A DNA stretch of 59,665 nucleotides, the filler included. It is 8 parts of 8 records of this genome, joined end to end, with 100 filler letters (N's around TTAATTAATTAA, not from the genome) between each part and the next. Parts side by side here need not be neighbours in the genome. Positions count along the whole stretch, not along the records: positions 5,116 to 10,473 come from SRR31147125_35443; positions 10,574 to 15,871 come from SRR31147125_35492; positions 15,972 to 22,987 come from SRR31147125_35502; 5 more parts are not named here. One strand, written 5' to 3'. Every line of letters begins with the position of its first letter. Positions within the stretch are counted from its first letter, which is position 1. A model generated the notes under the pieces. It did no database searches. It saw only the letters and a list, made by a program, of their open reading frames with translations, and was not told where the DNA came from. Below are positions 8,527 through 18,693 of this stretch, piece after piece. The position numbers and the translations under genes were made by a program.

Positions 8527-10092
8527 ATGACAACACTCAGGACAATCATCAAAAAAAGTGTGGAAAAACATCCGGACAACATCGCCCTCATAGAGGGAAA
8601 ACGTCAGCATACATTCAAAGAATTTGTTCGACGGAGCCGCCGTATGGGCAACGCCCTTCTGGATCTGGGACTGAAAAAGGGAGATCGGGTGGCTGTTTTG
8701 AGTCAAAACAGCATTGAATCTGCGGAATCTTACTTCAGTCTTCCCAACGCCGGTCTAATTCTGGTAATGCTGAACCCAAGGCTGGCTCCTCCGGAAATCC
8801 TGAGTGTTCTGTCGGATGCCGACGTTCGTGCTTTAATTGTAAACGAAGATTTATTGCCCGGCTTATCCTATATCCAAAAACACCTTGATTTTATCGAGCA
8901 TTTTATTCTGATTGGAAAGACTTCTCTTCCCCAGGGGTGGCATGGGTATGAATCTCTGATGGAAGGCGCCGCTTCCCATGACCCCCCAGTAGAGCTGAAA
9001 AAAAACGACTTGGCGGCGTTGATGTATACCAGCGGGACCACCGGCATCCCCAAAGGATGCATGATCACCCACCACAATTTTTATCATGTGGGACAAAGTA
9101 TGTTCCATGAATTGACCATGGATGATAAAGACCGGGGGATCGTCACTACGCCTCTTTTTCACGCGTCCGGTATGATCGTATTGATAAGCGGCATATACAG
9201 TGCGACCCCCACGCTGATCATGCCCCGGTGGAATGCCATGGAGTTTCTGAGGCTCGTTGAAAAATACAGGATCACCACAGGAGTGCTGGCAACCCCCATG
9301 CTACTCTATCTTTTGGAGATCGTTGGATGCGACACTCGGAAAACGGACTCTCTAAAAAAGATAATTTTTGCCGGTGCCCCGGTGACACCGATTATATTTC
9401 AAAAAGCCATAGAACGCTTTGGCAACATTTTCATTCACGGATTCGGCACCACTGAGACCGTGGGGTCCATATGTATTCTGAGAATGGAGGATATTGACCA
9501 TGCGTTGCATCAGGGGCATACACACATTTTAAGCTCCTGTGGAAAGGCATATACAGATATGGATGTCCAAGTGGTCAATGGCCACGATCGACCGATTTCC
9601 AGTGACCGTAGCGGAGAAATCCGGGTACGGGGGGCAGGACTCACCAGAGGATATTGGAACAAAGAATTGGAAACACAAGAATCTTTTCGAAATGGTTGGT
9701 TTTATACAGGAGATCTTGGACGAATGGATGACAAGGGATTCATGTATATTGTCGGCCGAAAAAAAGATGTCATTATCACCGGCGCTGAGAATGTTTTTCC
9801 CGCAGAATTGGAAAATGTACTTCATACGCACCCGGATATTAAAGAGGCTGCGGTGATCGGTTTGGACAATGCGAAATGGGGAGAAATCGTCACGGCGTTT
9901 GTGGTTCCACGATCGGATGCAACGCTCAATCCGGAACAAATCACTTCATTTTGCCGAAAAGAAATTGCTGGCTACAAAGTACCCAAAAAAATTTTTTTTA
10001 TGGAAAACCTTCCCCTAAGTCCCACGGGCAAGTTGATAAAGAATAAATTAAAAGAACAATACAACTCTGAATCCATTTTCAATATATCATAG
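8527..10092 (+). CDS. AMP-dependent acyl-CoA synthetase (long-chain fatty acid-CoA ligase family)
   Basis: YTSGTTGIPKG P-loop, GFGTTE, TGDLG, GRKKDVIITGAENVFP, YKVPK. Confidence 0.9.
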   Translation: MTTLRTIIKKSVEKHPDNIALIEGKRQHTFKEFVRRSRRMGNALLDLGLKKGDRVAVLSQNSIESAESYFSLPNAGLILVMLNPRLAPPEILSVLSDADVRALIVNEDLLPGLSYIQKHLDFIEHFILIGKTSLPQGWHGYESLMEGAASHDPPVELKKNDLAALMYTSGTTGIPKGCMITHHNFYHVGQSMFHELTMDDKDRGIVTTPLFHASGMIVLISGIYSATPTLIMPRWNAMEFLRLVEKYRITTGVLATPMLLYLLEIVGCDTRKTDSLKKIIFAGAPVTPIIFQKAIERFGNIFIHGFGTTETVGSICILRMEDIDHALHQGHTHILSSCGKAYTDMDVQVVNGHDRPISSDRSGEIRVRGAGLTRGYWNKELETQESFRNGWFYTGDLGRMDDKGFMYIVGRKKDVIITGAENVFPAELENVLHTHPDIKEAAVIGLDNAKWGEIVTAFVVPRSDATLNPEQITSFCRKEIAGYKVPKKIFFMENLPLSPTGKLIKNKLKEQYNSESIFNIS

Positions 10093-10151
10093 GACACCCT
10101 TCCCAACGACTTTTCACTTTTTGACACCTAATTGATTAATAATTTACCGTA

Positions 10152-10200
10152 CCTTACGCCTCATTTTCGTTTTTTTGGGGTAAAAAATTGAGGTGTAAGG
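10152..10200. terminator. Hairpin downstream of the acyl-CoA ligase
   Basis: CCTTACGCCTCA (10152-10163) pairs with TGAGGTGTAAGG (10189-10200), with one G-U pair. Confidence 0.35.
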
Positions 10201-10273
10201 CGCGAATCACCGACAGCAGCAAGGTGAAAACCGAATCGAATTTCCTCTTTTTTCTCTCCAAGTCATTTTTCTC

Positions 10274-10346
10274 TTGACATCATTGATAGCTATAAAATAA
10301 CTATATTGAACCCCTATATAATTTATATATAGTTATTTTATAGTTA
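10274..10346 (+). promoter_or_regulatory. TTGACA -35 element followed by a 20-bp inverted repeat
   Basis: TTGACA at 10274-10279; TAGCTATAAAATAACTATAT (10287-10306) and ATATAGTTATTTTATAGTTA (10327-10346) are 19/20 complementary. Confidence 0.45.
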
Positions 10347-10392
10347 CCCTCCGGATTTTTATCCCCATTCTTCAACCGGAGACAATGACAAT

Positions 10393-10473
10393 TAAGTACC
10401 CGAGCATATTTATTTCGATAACACTTTTTGTGAGATTTGCGGGAAATAAGTACCTGAGCATATTTATTTCGAT
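10393..10473 (+). repeat. 27-bp direct repeat with 54-bp period at the contig end
   Basis: TAAGTACCCGAGCATATTTATTTCGAT (10393-10419) and TAAGTACCTGAGCATATTTATTTCGAT (10447-10473), one mismatch. Confidence 0.8.
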
Positions 10474-10573
10474 NNNNNNNNNNNNNNNNNNNNNNNNNNN
10501 NNNNNNNNNNNNNNNNNTTAATTAATTAANNNNNNNNNNNNNNNNNNNNNNNNNNNNNNNNNNNNNNNNNNNN
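10474..10573. other. Artificial contig linker
   Basis: N44-TTAATTAATTAA-N44. Confidence 0.98.
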
Positions 10574-11170
10574 CCCAACCTACATGATGTAATTTTAATC
10601 AGCCCATCGAAGGCAATGGCAACAAATGCAGAATCAGTAGAATTTAAGTGGCAGGAGCAGGACAATGCTGAAAACTATAAGTTTGAACTTCTAAAAGATG
10701 AAGAATTAATATTTACATCCCTGATTTCTTCAAATACCATAACGATTCCGGGTTCTACCATATTAAGCAGCCTGGAAGAAGGAAATTACACATGGAAGAT
10801 TCAGGCACAGAGCAGTTCGGTTCCGGCATCCGATTATTCTTCGCGCGAATTTATTATTGACAGAACAGCACCGGATATACCTTCACTTACCAAGCCAAAC
10901 AATGGGGAAACGCTTACGGAAACACCTATTGAACTGGCCTGGGATAGATTGGAAAATCTGGGCGCAGCCATTACAGATAGCCTGCTTATATCAACCGACT
11001 CTATATTTACCACAGACAATGTTGTGTTAATCCAGGCATTAAACGATACAAGTTATAATTTTAACCCGGATAATGCTGCTACCTATTGGTGGAAGGTAAA
11101 ATCGTTTGATAAAGCTGGTAACGAAGGCGAATATAGTACCATACGTAAATTTATATACAGTGAAGAATAA
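10574..11170 (+). CDS. FN3/Ig-like beta-sandwich repeat protein, 5'-partial
   Basis: Frame is open from the contig start. Two repeats ending in YTWKIQA and YWWKVKSFDKAGN, linked by DRTAPDIPSL. Confidence 0.7.
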   Translation, partial: PNLHDVILISPSKAMATNAESVEFKWQEQDNAENYKFELLKDEELIFTSLISSNTITIPGSTILSSLEEGNYTWKIQAQSSSVPASDYSSREFIIDRTAPDIPSLTKPNNGETLTETPIELAWDRLENLGAAITDSLLISTDSIFTTDNVVLIQALNDTSYNFNPDNAATYWWKVKSFDKAGNEGEYSTIRKFIYSEE

Positions 11171-11690
11171 GAAATCACTTTATATACTTATACCCTTAGT
11201 GTTGATGGTATGGGGGATTATCGGATACAGGATATGGGCGCATATCGGTTCTGATGATATTGAAATAGATATGCCAAGCTCCAATATGCCCTCACTAACG
11301 GATCTAAATATTGATGCTGATACTTTTTATATTAAAAACAATTATACCGATCCGTTTTTAAAGCATTCATTTGTTGTAAACCAGAAATTAGAACAAGTAA
11401 AACAAACAAATAACAGAAAGTCTAATAAAACACAGAACAGGATAATGCGCAGAAGACAATTGGAAGCTCAGCGCATTCAATGGCCTGAAATTATATACAG
11501 TGGTTTAATCACCAACGAGAAAGATAATTCAAAAACAATCCTTGTTTCAATTAATGGGAAACAGCAGCTTATGAAACCTTATGAAGAATTCAATGGTGTT
11601 AAGCTGATTAAGATTTACAATGATTCTATTCGGATAGGATTTAAAGAACAGGAAAAAAGTATTATAAAAAATATGCAGCAGCAGTTATGA
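11160..11690 (+). CDS. T2SS/pilus-cluster single-TM protein (GspC/PilP-like)
   Basis: GTG start gives MKNKKSLYILIPLVLMVWGIIGYRI; DPFL motif and WPEIIYSGLI...VSING C-terminal domain; overlaps its neighbours. Confidence 0.6.
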   Translation: MKNKKSLYILIPLVLMVWGIIGYRIWAHIGSDDIEIDMPSSNMPSLTDLNIDADTFYIKNNYTDPFLKHSFVVNQKLEQVKQTNNRKSNKTQNRIMRRRQLEAQRIQWPEIIYSGLITNEKDNSKTILVSINGKQQLMKPYEEFNGVKLIKIYNDSIRIGFKEQEKSIIKNMQQQL

Positions 11691-12316
11691 GGGATTTAGT
11701 AAGAAATATCATCATTTTTCTATTGTTATTTTCTTCCGGGTGCGCTTTTATGAATCCTTTAGAAAAAGTAGAGAAATACACCAGGCAGATAATTGTTACC
11801 GATGGAGATTCACTTATAAAAGCACGGATATTAATTGATCCGCCTGATATAAAACTTAAAGATGATCTTTATTATCACTGGTATTATTCGGATATTATCA
11901 ACTCAAACAAAGGTGGATTTACCGGTAACCTCCTTGATGGGCCATTTATAGTAATCGATGGTTCTAAGAATCTACTAACCAAAGGGAATTTTAAAAACGG
12001 ATTAAAAGATGGGGAGTGGCGCATCTGGTACCCCAATGGGTTGCTGCATTTTTCACAAAACTGGAAAGAAGGGGCTTTGTATGGGGAATATAAAGAGTTC
12101 TCGGAAGATGGTGAGTTAGCAGAACAATTGCAATACAAAAACAATTTGTTAAATGGCGAATGCACATACTTTTATCCTGATACGGCAATTACAAAGCATT
12201 TTGAAAAAGGTATTGAATTAGCAGATTGTAAAAAAAGAGGCGTAAAATTATTACCTCCCAAAACTATTTTTAAGTCGAAGAAAGATTCTGTTAACATTAA
12301 TAGTGAAGAACAATAA
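11687..12316 (+). CDS. MORN-variant repeat (YwqK-like) probable lipoprotein
   Basis: Signal peptide ending SSGC; repeats GNFKNGLKDGEWRIWYPNG, WKEGALYGEY, YKNNLLNGEC. Confidence 0.75.
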   Translation: MRDLVRNIIIFLLLFSSGCAFMNPLEKVEKYTRQIIVTDGDSLIKARILIDPPDIKLKDDLYYHWYYSDIINSNKGGFTGNLLDGPFIVIDGSKNLLTKGNFKNGLKDGEWRIWYPNGLLHFSQNWKEGALYGEYKEFSEDGELAEQLQYKNNLLNGECTYFYPDTAITKHFEKGIELADCKKRGVKLLPPKTIFKSKKDSVNINSEEQ

Positions 12317-12328
12317 AAATACAGTGAC

Positions 12329-13582
12329 GTGTTAAAAGCAGGGAGTTTATATTATGCCATATTTATCAGTTTTATTTTAACACTGATTATATTGGCATTG
12401 TTTTTCCTTGCCAAGACGCAACATATATATATCAACGAAAATATTGTACACGAACAAGTAAAAAACAATGTGTCTTCAGGTCTGCTATTGTACAAAGAAA
12501 AACCAGGTATTGTCAAATACGATTCAGAAAAAGAACTTAAGCTATATAATGATGAAATAAACAAAGCCACTGTCTCGAAAAAGCGATGGGGCTTTTTTGA
12601 TGTTGTGACTGTATCTTCAAAGCATGGGGCGCATGCATGGCAAGAGACAGTTCTTGCTGGCAACCAATACAAGCAAGAAAAGAGGATTGGACTTTATATG
12701 ACAGATAAAGAAAAATACCTTTCTATTGGAGGAAGTACACTCATTCGCGGAAATAGTTTCTTGCCAAAATTAGGTGTAAGAAGAGCCTACATTGAAGGAA
12801 GAAGCTATGAAAATGATGAATTGGTAGATGGTACAATTAATTACAGTAATACTAGCTTGCCTGCCATTAGTAAATTAAGAACCACACAGCTATTAAACTA
12901 CATTAAGGGGGAATTTAATAAAGAAGATAGCTTGGTAGCTGTAAAAAATTTATCACAGCTAAATAGCGTGAACCACCCTTTTTCAAAACGAACGGTGGTA
13001 TATTATTTACGGCAAGATTCTACACTTGATTATGTAAACCTTAACGGAAATATAATCGTGTATTCCGAATTCAGATTAACCATAGATAAGACTTGTAAAT
13101 TAAATAATTGCATTATTGTTAGTCCATCTATTAGAATTAATTCCGGTTTTTCAGGAAATTGCCAATTTATTGCAATGGACTCTCTATGGATTGAAAATGA
13201 TTGCAAACTAGCATTTCCAAGCATGGCAGCAACAATTAATCCAACACAAAGCAATACTTACATATCAGTGGGTGAAAAATCTATTGTTGAGGGAGGAATA
13301 ATATTTCACCAGGAATTAAAAGCATTAAAAGAACCCCGGTTGGTTATTTCTCTAAATAGCCATGTTAAAGGCATTGTATATTGCAATGGAATTGTAGAAC
13401 ATTTAGGGCAAATTGATGGAAGTCTCTATTGCAATGGCTTTAGCCTTAAAACAGACAAGGCATATTATGAGAACCATTTATTAGATGCAGTCATTGATTG
13501 CAAAAACTTATCAGAACACTATGTAGCACCTATAATTTTTGATGAAGAACAGGTTAAGAAAAATATTATCGAAGAAATTTAA
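12329..13582 (+). CDS. GspK/PilX-like large pseudopilin
   Basis: N-terminal LKAG|SLYYAIFISFIL hydrophobic helix and a C-terminal beta-helix-like region; lies within a prepilin cluster. Confidence 0.6.
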   Translation: MLKAGSLYYAIFISFILTLIILALFFLAKTQHIYINENIVHEQVKNNVSSGLLLYKEKPGIVKYDSEKELKLYNDEINKATVSKKRWGFFDVVTVSSKHGAHAWQETVLAGNQYKQEKRIGLYMTDKEKYLSIGGSTLIRGNSFLPKLGVRRAYIEGRSYENDELVDGTINYSNTSLPAISKLRTTQLLNYIKGEFNKEDSLVAVKNLSQLNSVNHPFSKRTVVYYLRQDSTLDYVNLNGNIIVYSEFRLTIDKTCKLNNCIIVSPSIRINSGFSGNCQFIAMDSLWIENDCKLAFPSMAATINPTQSNTYISVGEKSIVEGGIIFHQELKALKEPRLVISLNSHVKGIVYCNGIVEHLGQIDGSLYCNGFSLKTDKAYYENHLLDAVIDCKNLSEHYVAPIIFDEEQVKKNIIEEI

Positions 13583-13916
13583 TGGAAATACATTACTCGA
13601 AACCGTTATTGCGATGACAGTAATCATGTTTGTAATGTTGTTAGCAACACGAATAATTGTTTCGCTGGATAAAAGTTCCAATTCATCGTTGCAGCTAAGA
13701 GCCTATGTATTGGGGAGAAACGAGATAATTATCACTATTGAAGGAAACGAAATAGAGGAAGGAATAGACAAACATGGAAATCTTATAGTAGAACGTAAAA
13801 TAGTTGATACTAATGAAAGCAATTCGATTAAACTTTTTGTAGTGACCGTTACGAATGCAAGAAAATCAAAAATTGTCGAATTAAAGAAGCTGATTGAAGT
13901 AGATGAAAGCAATTAA
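13542..13916 (+). CDS. Prepilin-like minor pseudopilin (GspI-like)
   Basis: Basic leader, then G|NTLLETVIAMTVIMFV with Glu at +5. Confidence 0.7.
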   Translation: MKNRLRKILSKKFNGNTLLETVIAMTVIMFVMLLATRIIVSLDKSSNSSLQLRAYVLGRNEIIITIEGNEIEEGIDKHGNLIVERKIVDTNESNSIKLFVVTVTNARKSKIVELKKLIEVDESN

Positions 13917-14396
13917 AAACACTAACATAAAGGCATTTACTATATTTGAGTTGTTAATAACCATGCTTGTTACTTCTATATTAATAACGCTTGTGATATC
14001 TGTTTTTTTCGATTTAATGAATTTTTTCACCTCAGGCAAAAACATTGGGAGGATAATACTGAGCTATTGCATTTTATAAAAACAATTGGAGATGATTTTG
14101 ATAATGCAAACACAGTCTCCTCAACAAACCAATCTTTGCTTTTACGTAACAGAGGCAAAGATAACATCGAGTATATATTTAATATTAGGCATGTAATAAG
14201 GTTGCAAGCACATAAATCAGATACATTTAATTATCCAATTACAATACAGGAAATCAATACGATAAATATTAATTCTGATATTGTTGATAAGGTTGTTTTA
14301 AGTTCTAATAACCCTAACGTTCTTGAGTTTAACTTAAAACTTATTAAAGACTATAAAAAGCGTTATATGTATCATGTTTTTATGAACTCGAAATAA
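13903..14396 (+). CDS. Prepilin-like minor pseudopilin (GspJ-like), frameshifted near 14022-14027
   Basis: MKAIKNTNIKA|FTIFELLITMLVTSIL from ATG 13903. One extra T in the T6 run joins it to ORF 14067-14396 (FHLRQKHWEDNTELLHFIK...). Confidence 0.7.
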
Positions 14397-14896
14397 GGTG
14401 ATGTACAATGATAACTAAGGAAATAAGGACGTTGTTACCAATCTTTTATTTAGAATTTATACATATAACGTTTAATATTAATAATAATATGCTAAATGTT
14501 TTGTTTAATTAAAATTAGTTAATATATTGTCACCACATTATAACAAAAAAATCGTAATAAATTATTATAAAACAAATTAATCATAAAAAGTATTAGAAAG
14601 TATTTATATTTAAGAGTAAGATATATTAATAAATACTTATTTAATAAACTTAAAGTAAGTATTATATAGATTCATTTTAAAGATCTAACTCTTAGCAATA
14701 CAGAATACATTGGTGTAATGCTATTGTAATATTACCAATACTCCTGAATTGTACTTCGGTAAGTTATTCAATCACTTAATAATTGGTGCTTGAGCAAGAC
14801 TTGGTGTATACATATTAAAAAAACAACATAGCTGCAAAATGCTATTTTGTAGTTTTTTAGCGTGAAATTCATCTTAAAAACTACAAATAATAAAAA

Positions 14897-15043
14897 ATGA
14901 AAAAGATTGTATTAACATTAATTACAATGTGCTTTATCTTAAGTTTAAATGCATAATTAAAAGTGATATCCAATGATAAAATTGGAGTCGGAGAATCAAA
15001 TCTTTTCTTTGGCGCTAATAATAAAGGATTGCATGTATTTTAA
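14897..15043 (+). pseudogene. Relic of a secreted protein (signal peptide followed by premature stop)
   Basis: MKKIVLTLITMCFILSLNA*LKVISNDKIGVGESN; TAA at 14954-14956 sits where a +1 Gln (CAA) is expected. Confidence 0.5.
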
Positions 15044-15159
15044 ATGTGCTGAATTTTCATTTAAATGTTAATCCACTTAAACAGTTAATCAAAGGGCCGA
15101 AGTTATCAGATAAAGCAAAAAAGAATTGAAAAACAATAATAATTTAAAACAAAATCAAT

Positions 15160-15871
15160 ATGAAATTATTACTATGTATTGTCACTTCATTATTATTCAC
15201 ATTAACAGTTTTTAGTCAAGAATGGAAAACAGGGAGCAATTCGTTGTATACATATCCTAATACAACTAAAATTGGCATAGGAATTTCTCCGCAATATCAT
15301 CTCCATGTTGATGCAGGAACATATTCTACTAATCAAGGATATGTTGCAGGGCGTTTTACGCAAAATGGTAATGGTACATATTTTAATGGAGATTTATTAT
15401 CTTCTCTTTGCACAGTTGGTAACTGGAGTATTCAAGGACAAGGTTCAGCAGTTTCTGGTGCTATGACAATAAGAAAATCTACTGGTTCTTCATACAATTC
15501 ACATTCTGGTGCAGGAACATTTTTTACAACATTTGATGACTATGTTACAAATGGAACAAAAATCCATTATGTTGGTGGCGCATTCGGAAAAATTAAAGGT
15601 ACTATTCTAAATTCAAATAATGGGATTTTTGCTGCAATAATTGGTGTTGATGAAATTAATAGTGATGACACATGGGCTGGATATTTTGATGGAAATGTAG
15701 GTGTTACATCAACATTATTTGCTGAGGAAATTGAAGTAAAACTAAAAGATAACTGGCCTGACTATGTTTTTACAGAAGATTATAATCTCCGTCCATTACA
15801 AGAAGTAAATACATACATACAACAAAACGGCCATCTACCTGAAATACCTACCGCCAAAGAAGTAGAAGAAA
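15160..15871 (+). CDS. Secreted tail-fibre/chaperone-like ('WPDYVF') protein, 3'-partial
   Basis: Signal peptide ending VFS|Q, KIGIG motif, AGYFDGNV, then EEIEVK...[26 protein letters not shown], typical of Bacteroidota S74-chaperone-like C-termini. Confidence 0.7.
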
Positions 15872-15971
15872 NNNNNNNNNNNNNNNNNNNNNNNNNNNNN
15901 NNNNNNNNNNNNNNNTTAATTAATTAANNNNNNNNNNNNNNNNNNNNNNNNNNNNNNNNNNNNNNNNNNNN
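15872..15971. other. Artificial contig linker
   Basis: N44-TTAATTAATTAA-N44. Confidence 0.98.
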
Positions 15972-16040
15972 TGAACGTGAGGTTTTTCATATAAAAATTT
16001 GCCCTGGAGATCATCATCTATCCGATGATTCCCGGAAGAG

Positions 16041-18556
16041 ATGACCTCATTTAACCAAGACACATTGACAAATACGGAGACTCCCGTGAACGTTCCAATC
16101 GATTTCAACGGCATCACCGAGATGTTGACCTCTGCCGATCAGGAGGGTCGCAGTTTTTTGTATGAATATGAAGTTTACTCCCTACTGGCTAGATCCGGTT
16201 CCGAAACCCCGCCAAAATCGAGCTTCATTCCCAGGGGGCTCGTCCCTCGGATGAAGAGCTGACGGCCCTTCCCGGTGATAAATCCGTCCTGAAAATCGTC
16301 TCTCCCACCATCATCCACAAGACCGAAGTGGGTGGCGTCAAAATTGTGGAAAAGGAGAGTAATCGCATCCGATCGGCTGTCCGGCGAATGCTCTACGAAG
16401 TGCCAGAAAACTACACCCACTGGATTCAGCAAAATCCCGATGCAGCTCCGGCTCAATATCAAGGGCTCTCTGGAGAGGCCCTGACCGCCGCCATCAGCCG
16501 GGATGTCAAAGGCGTGCTTCAGGTGCAGTTCATGCCGCCCGATTCGGACGCATTCGGAAACGAACTCATTGTAGGACTTCGAAATACCAGAGAATTCGGG
16601 ACCGTCATCAGTGCGGGACTCGGCGGAACCGATACCGAGCTTTATGCGGCAAGGTTCAGAAAAGGTCAGGCCATTGTGGCCGCCTCCACCGCCATGAACG
16701 ACGGCCATTCGTTTTTCCAGCGCTTCAAGCAAACCATATCCTACCGCAAACTGACGGGTCTTACCCGGGGACAGCGACGCATCGTCACCGATGAGCAGCT
16801 GATCGAGTGCTTCGAAAGCTTCATCGCCATGGGAAACCACTACGCTCGATCCAATCCCGATGCCCCGTTTGTGATCGAAGAGCTGGAGATCAACCCTTTT
16901 GCGTTTACCGATTACCTCATGGTGCCGTTGGACGGCATGTGCCGGTTCAGCACGCCCGATGCCATGAAAACATCCCGTCCTGTGGGTAAAATTGAATCGC
17001 TGCTTCATCCTAAAACCATCGGTATTGTCGGGGTCTCTTCCAAGCGTAAGAATTTCGGGAGAATCATTTTGGACAATGTTCTTGCTGAAGGCTATCCCAA
17101 AGAGAATATCGTGATTATCAGAGAGGGAGAGACGGAAATTGACGGCATCCTTTGTATACCCAGTCTGACGGCCTTGACTCAGACACAAAAGAAGCACAAT
17201 CTCCCTAAAAAGCTTGATCTCTTCATCGTTGCCGTAGGTGCGGCACAGGTGCCGGATCTGGTGGAAGAAGTCATCTCCCAGGATGCCGCAGAGAGCGTCA
17301 TGCTCATTCCCGGAGGTATGGGAGAAACGGTAGAGAGTATAGCGCGGGCCGATCAGGTGATTTCAAAAATTAATGACATTCACGCCACCCCGGAAGGGGG
17401 GCCGGTATTTCTTGGGGCCAACTGCATGGGCGTTGTCTCAGGTCCCGGCGGGTATGACACCTGGTTCATTCCCGAAGAAAAATATCCCAAAGAGAGGTCT
17501 GCAGCTAGTGAGCGAAAATTTCATCGGGCCGCCCTTATCAGCCAAAGCGGCGCGTTCATGCTCCATCGCAGCAGTCAGTGCCCTGAGCTGAAACCGGGAT
17601 ACATGATTTCCATGGGCAATCAGACCGATCTCACACTTGGCGATATGGTGCACTATTTCAAGGACTCGGATCAGGTGGATGTGATTGCTGTTTACGCGGA
17701 AGGATTCAATGATCTTGACGGTCTTGTATTCTGTCAGGCAGTTCGGGACGCGGTACTTGCCGGAAAAGAGGTGGTGTTCTACAAGGCAGGCCGGACTCCG
17801 GAAGGGAAAGCAGCCACCAGCGGGCATACGGCATCCCTTGCCGGGGACTACATGGTGTGCGAAAGCTGTGTGGGGCATGCCGGAGCCATAGTGGTCAGGA
17901 ATTTTTCCGAGTTTCAGGCGTTGCTGCTGTTAGCTGAAAATTTGAGTAGTAAGAAAGTCAACGGGAATCGACTGGCAGCACTGAGCGGCGCTGGATTTGA
18001 GGCGGTCGGGATGGCAGACTCCATTCAGTCTGATGATTTTCATATGGCGTTGGCATCTTTTTCCGAGGCGACACGGGATACCATTCGAGAGATATTAAAA
18101 GAGAAACGATTGGATGCTTTTGTGAATCTCTCCAATCCGCTGGATATCAACCCGGCAGCAGATGATGAAGCCCACTATCTGGTAGCCAAAGCGCTTACCA
18201 TGGATACCCATGTGGATGCTGTCATCGTGAGTCTCGATCCCATGTCTCCTGCCACCAAAACACTGTCTCTCACCGATATTGAAGTGGAGGTCGCAGCAGA
18301 AGATTTTGCTTCCGCAATCACCCGATACGATCTGGAGCATGAGAGTGGCTGTAAGAATCTGATGATTCGACTGATGGAGGAATCGGAGATACCCGTCGTG
18401 GCCGTGGTGGATGGCGGACGGTTGTATGATCCGCTTCGGGATGCTCTCATGAACAATGGGGTTCCGGTCTTTACGGTTTGCGATAATGCGGTCGCAGCGT
18501 TGTCTCTCTATATTCAGGGAAGACTTGCTGCAGAAGCGATTCGATCGGGCCAATAG
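16041..18556 (+). CDS. ADP-forming acyl-CoA synthetase (acetate-CoA ligase family), frameshifted near 16235-16239
   Basis: ATP-grasp N-terminus (LKIVSPTIIHKTEVGGV, ELEINP), CoA-binding domain, GANCMG, SQSGA, SMGNQTD, phospho-His motif SGHTASLAG, NPLD. One extra G in the G5 run joins ORF 16041 to ORF 16328. Confidence 0.85.
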
Positions 18557-18693
18557 CTCAATGCGGGTTTTGTCCGCACCACGGGATGCCACTCCGGTTA
18601 TGAGAGAGCCGAGATTGTCGCATCAAGGTAAGCGGTGGTTATCTGTCGGTGTTCATCATAGGGCGTTTTGGCGTTGTCGAATCGGCAATGTGG

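Noticed and set aside
10393-10473. CRISPR array
   Set aside because: Only two copies, no typical repeat termini or internal palindrome, and no cas genes on the contig. Kept only as a direct repeat.
11687-12316. Toxin-antitoxin system from the YwqK-like repeats
   Set aside because: It has a signal/lipoprotein peptide, sits inside a pseudopilin operon and has no adjacent toxin.
16175-17197. 340-aa antisense ORF and the many other overlapping shadow ORFs
   Set aside because: They lie opposite or out of frame within well-supported genes and show no recognisable motifs.
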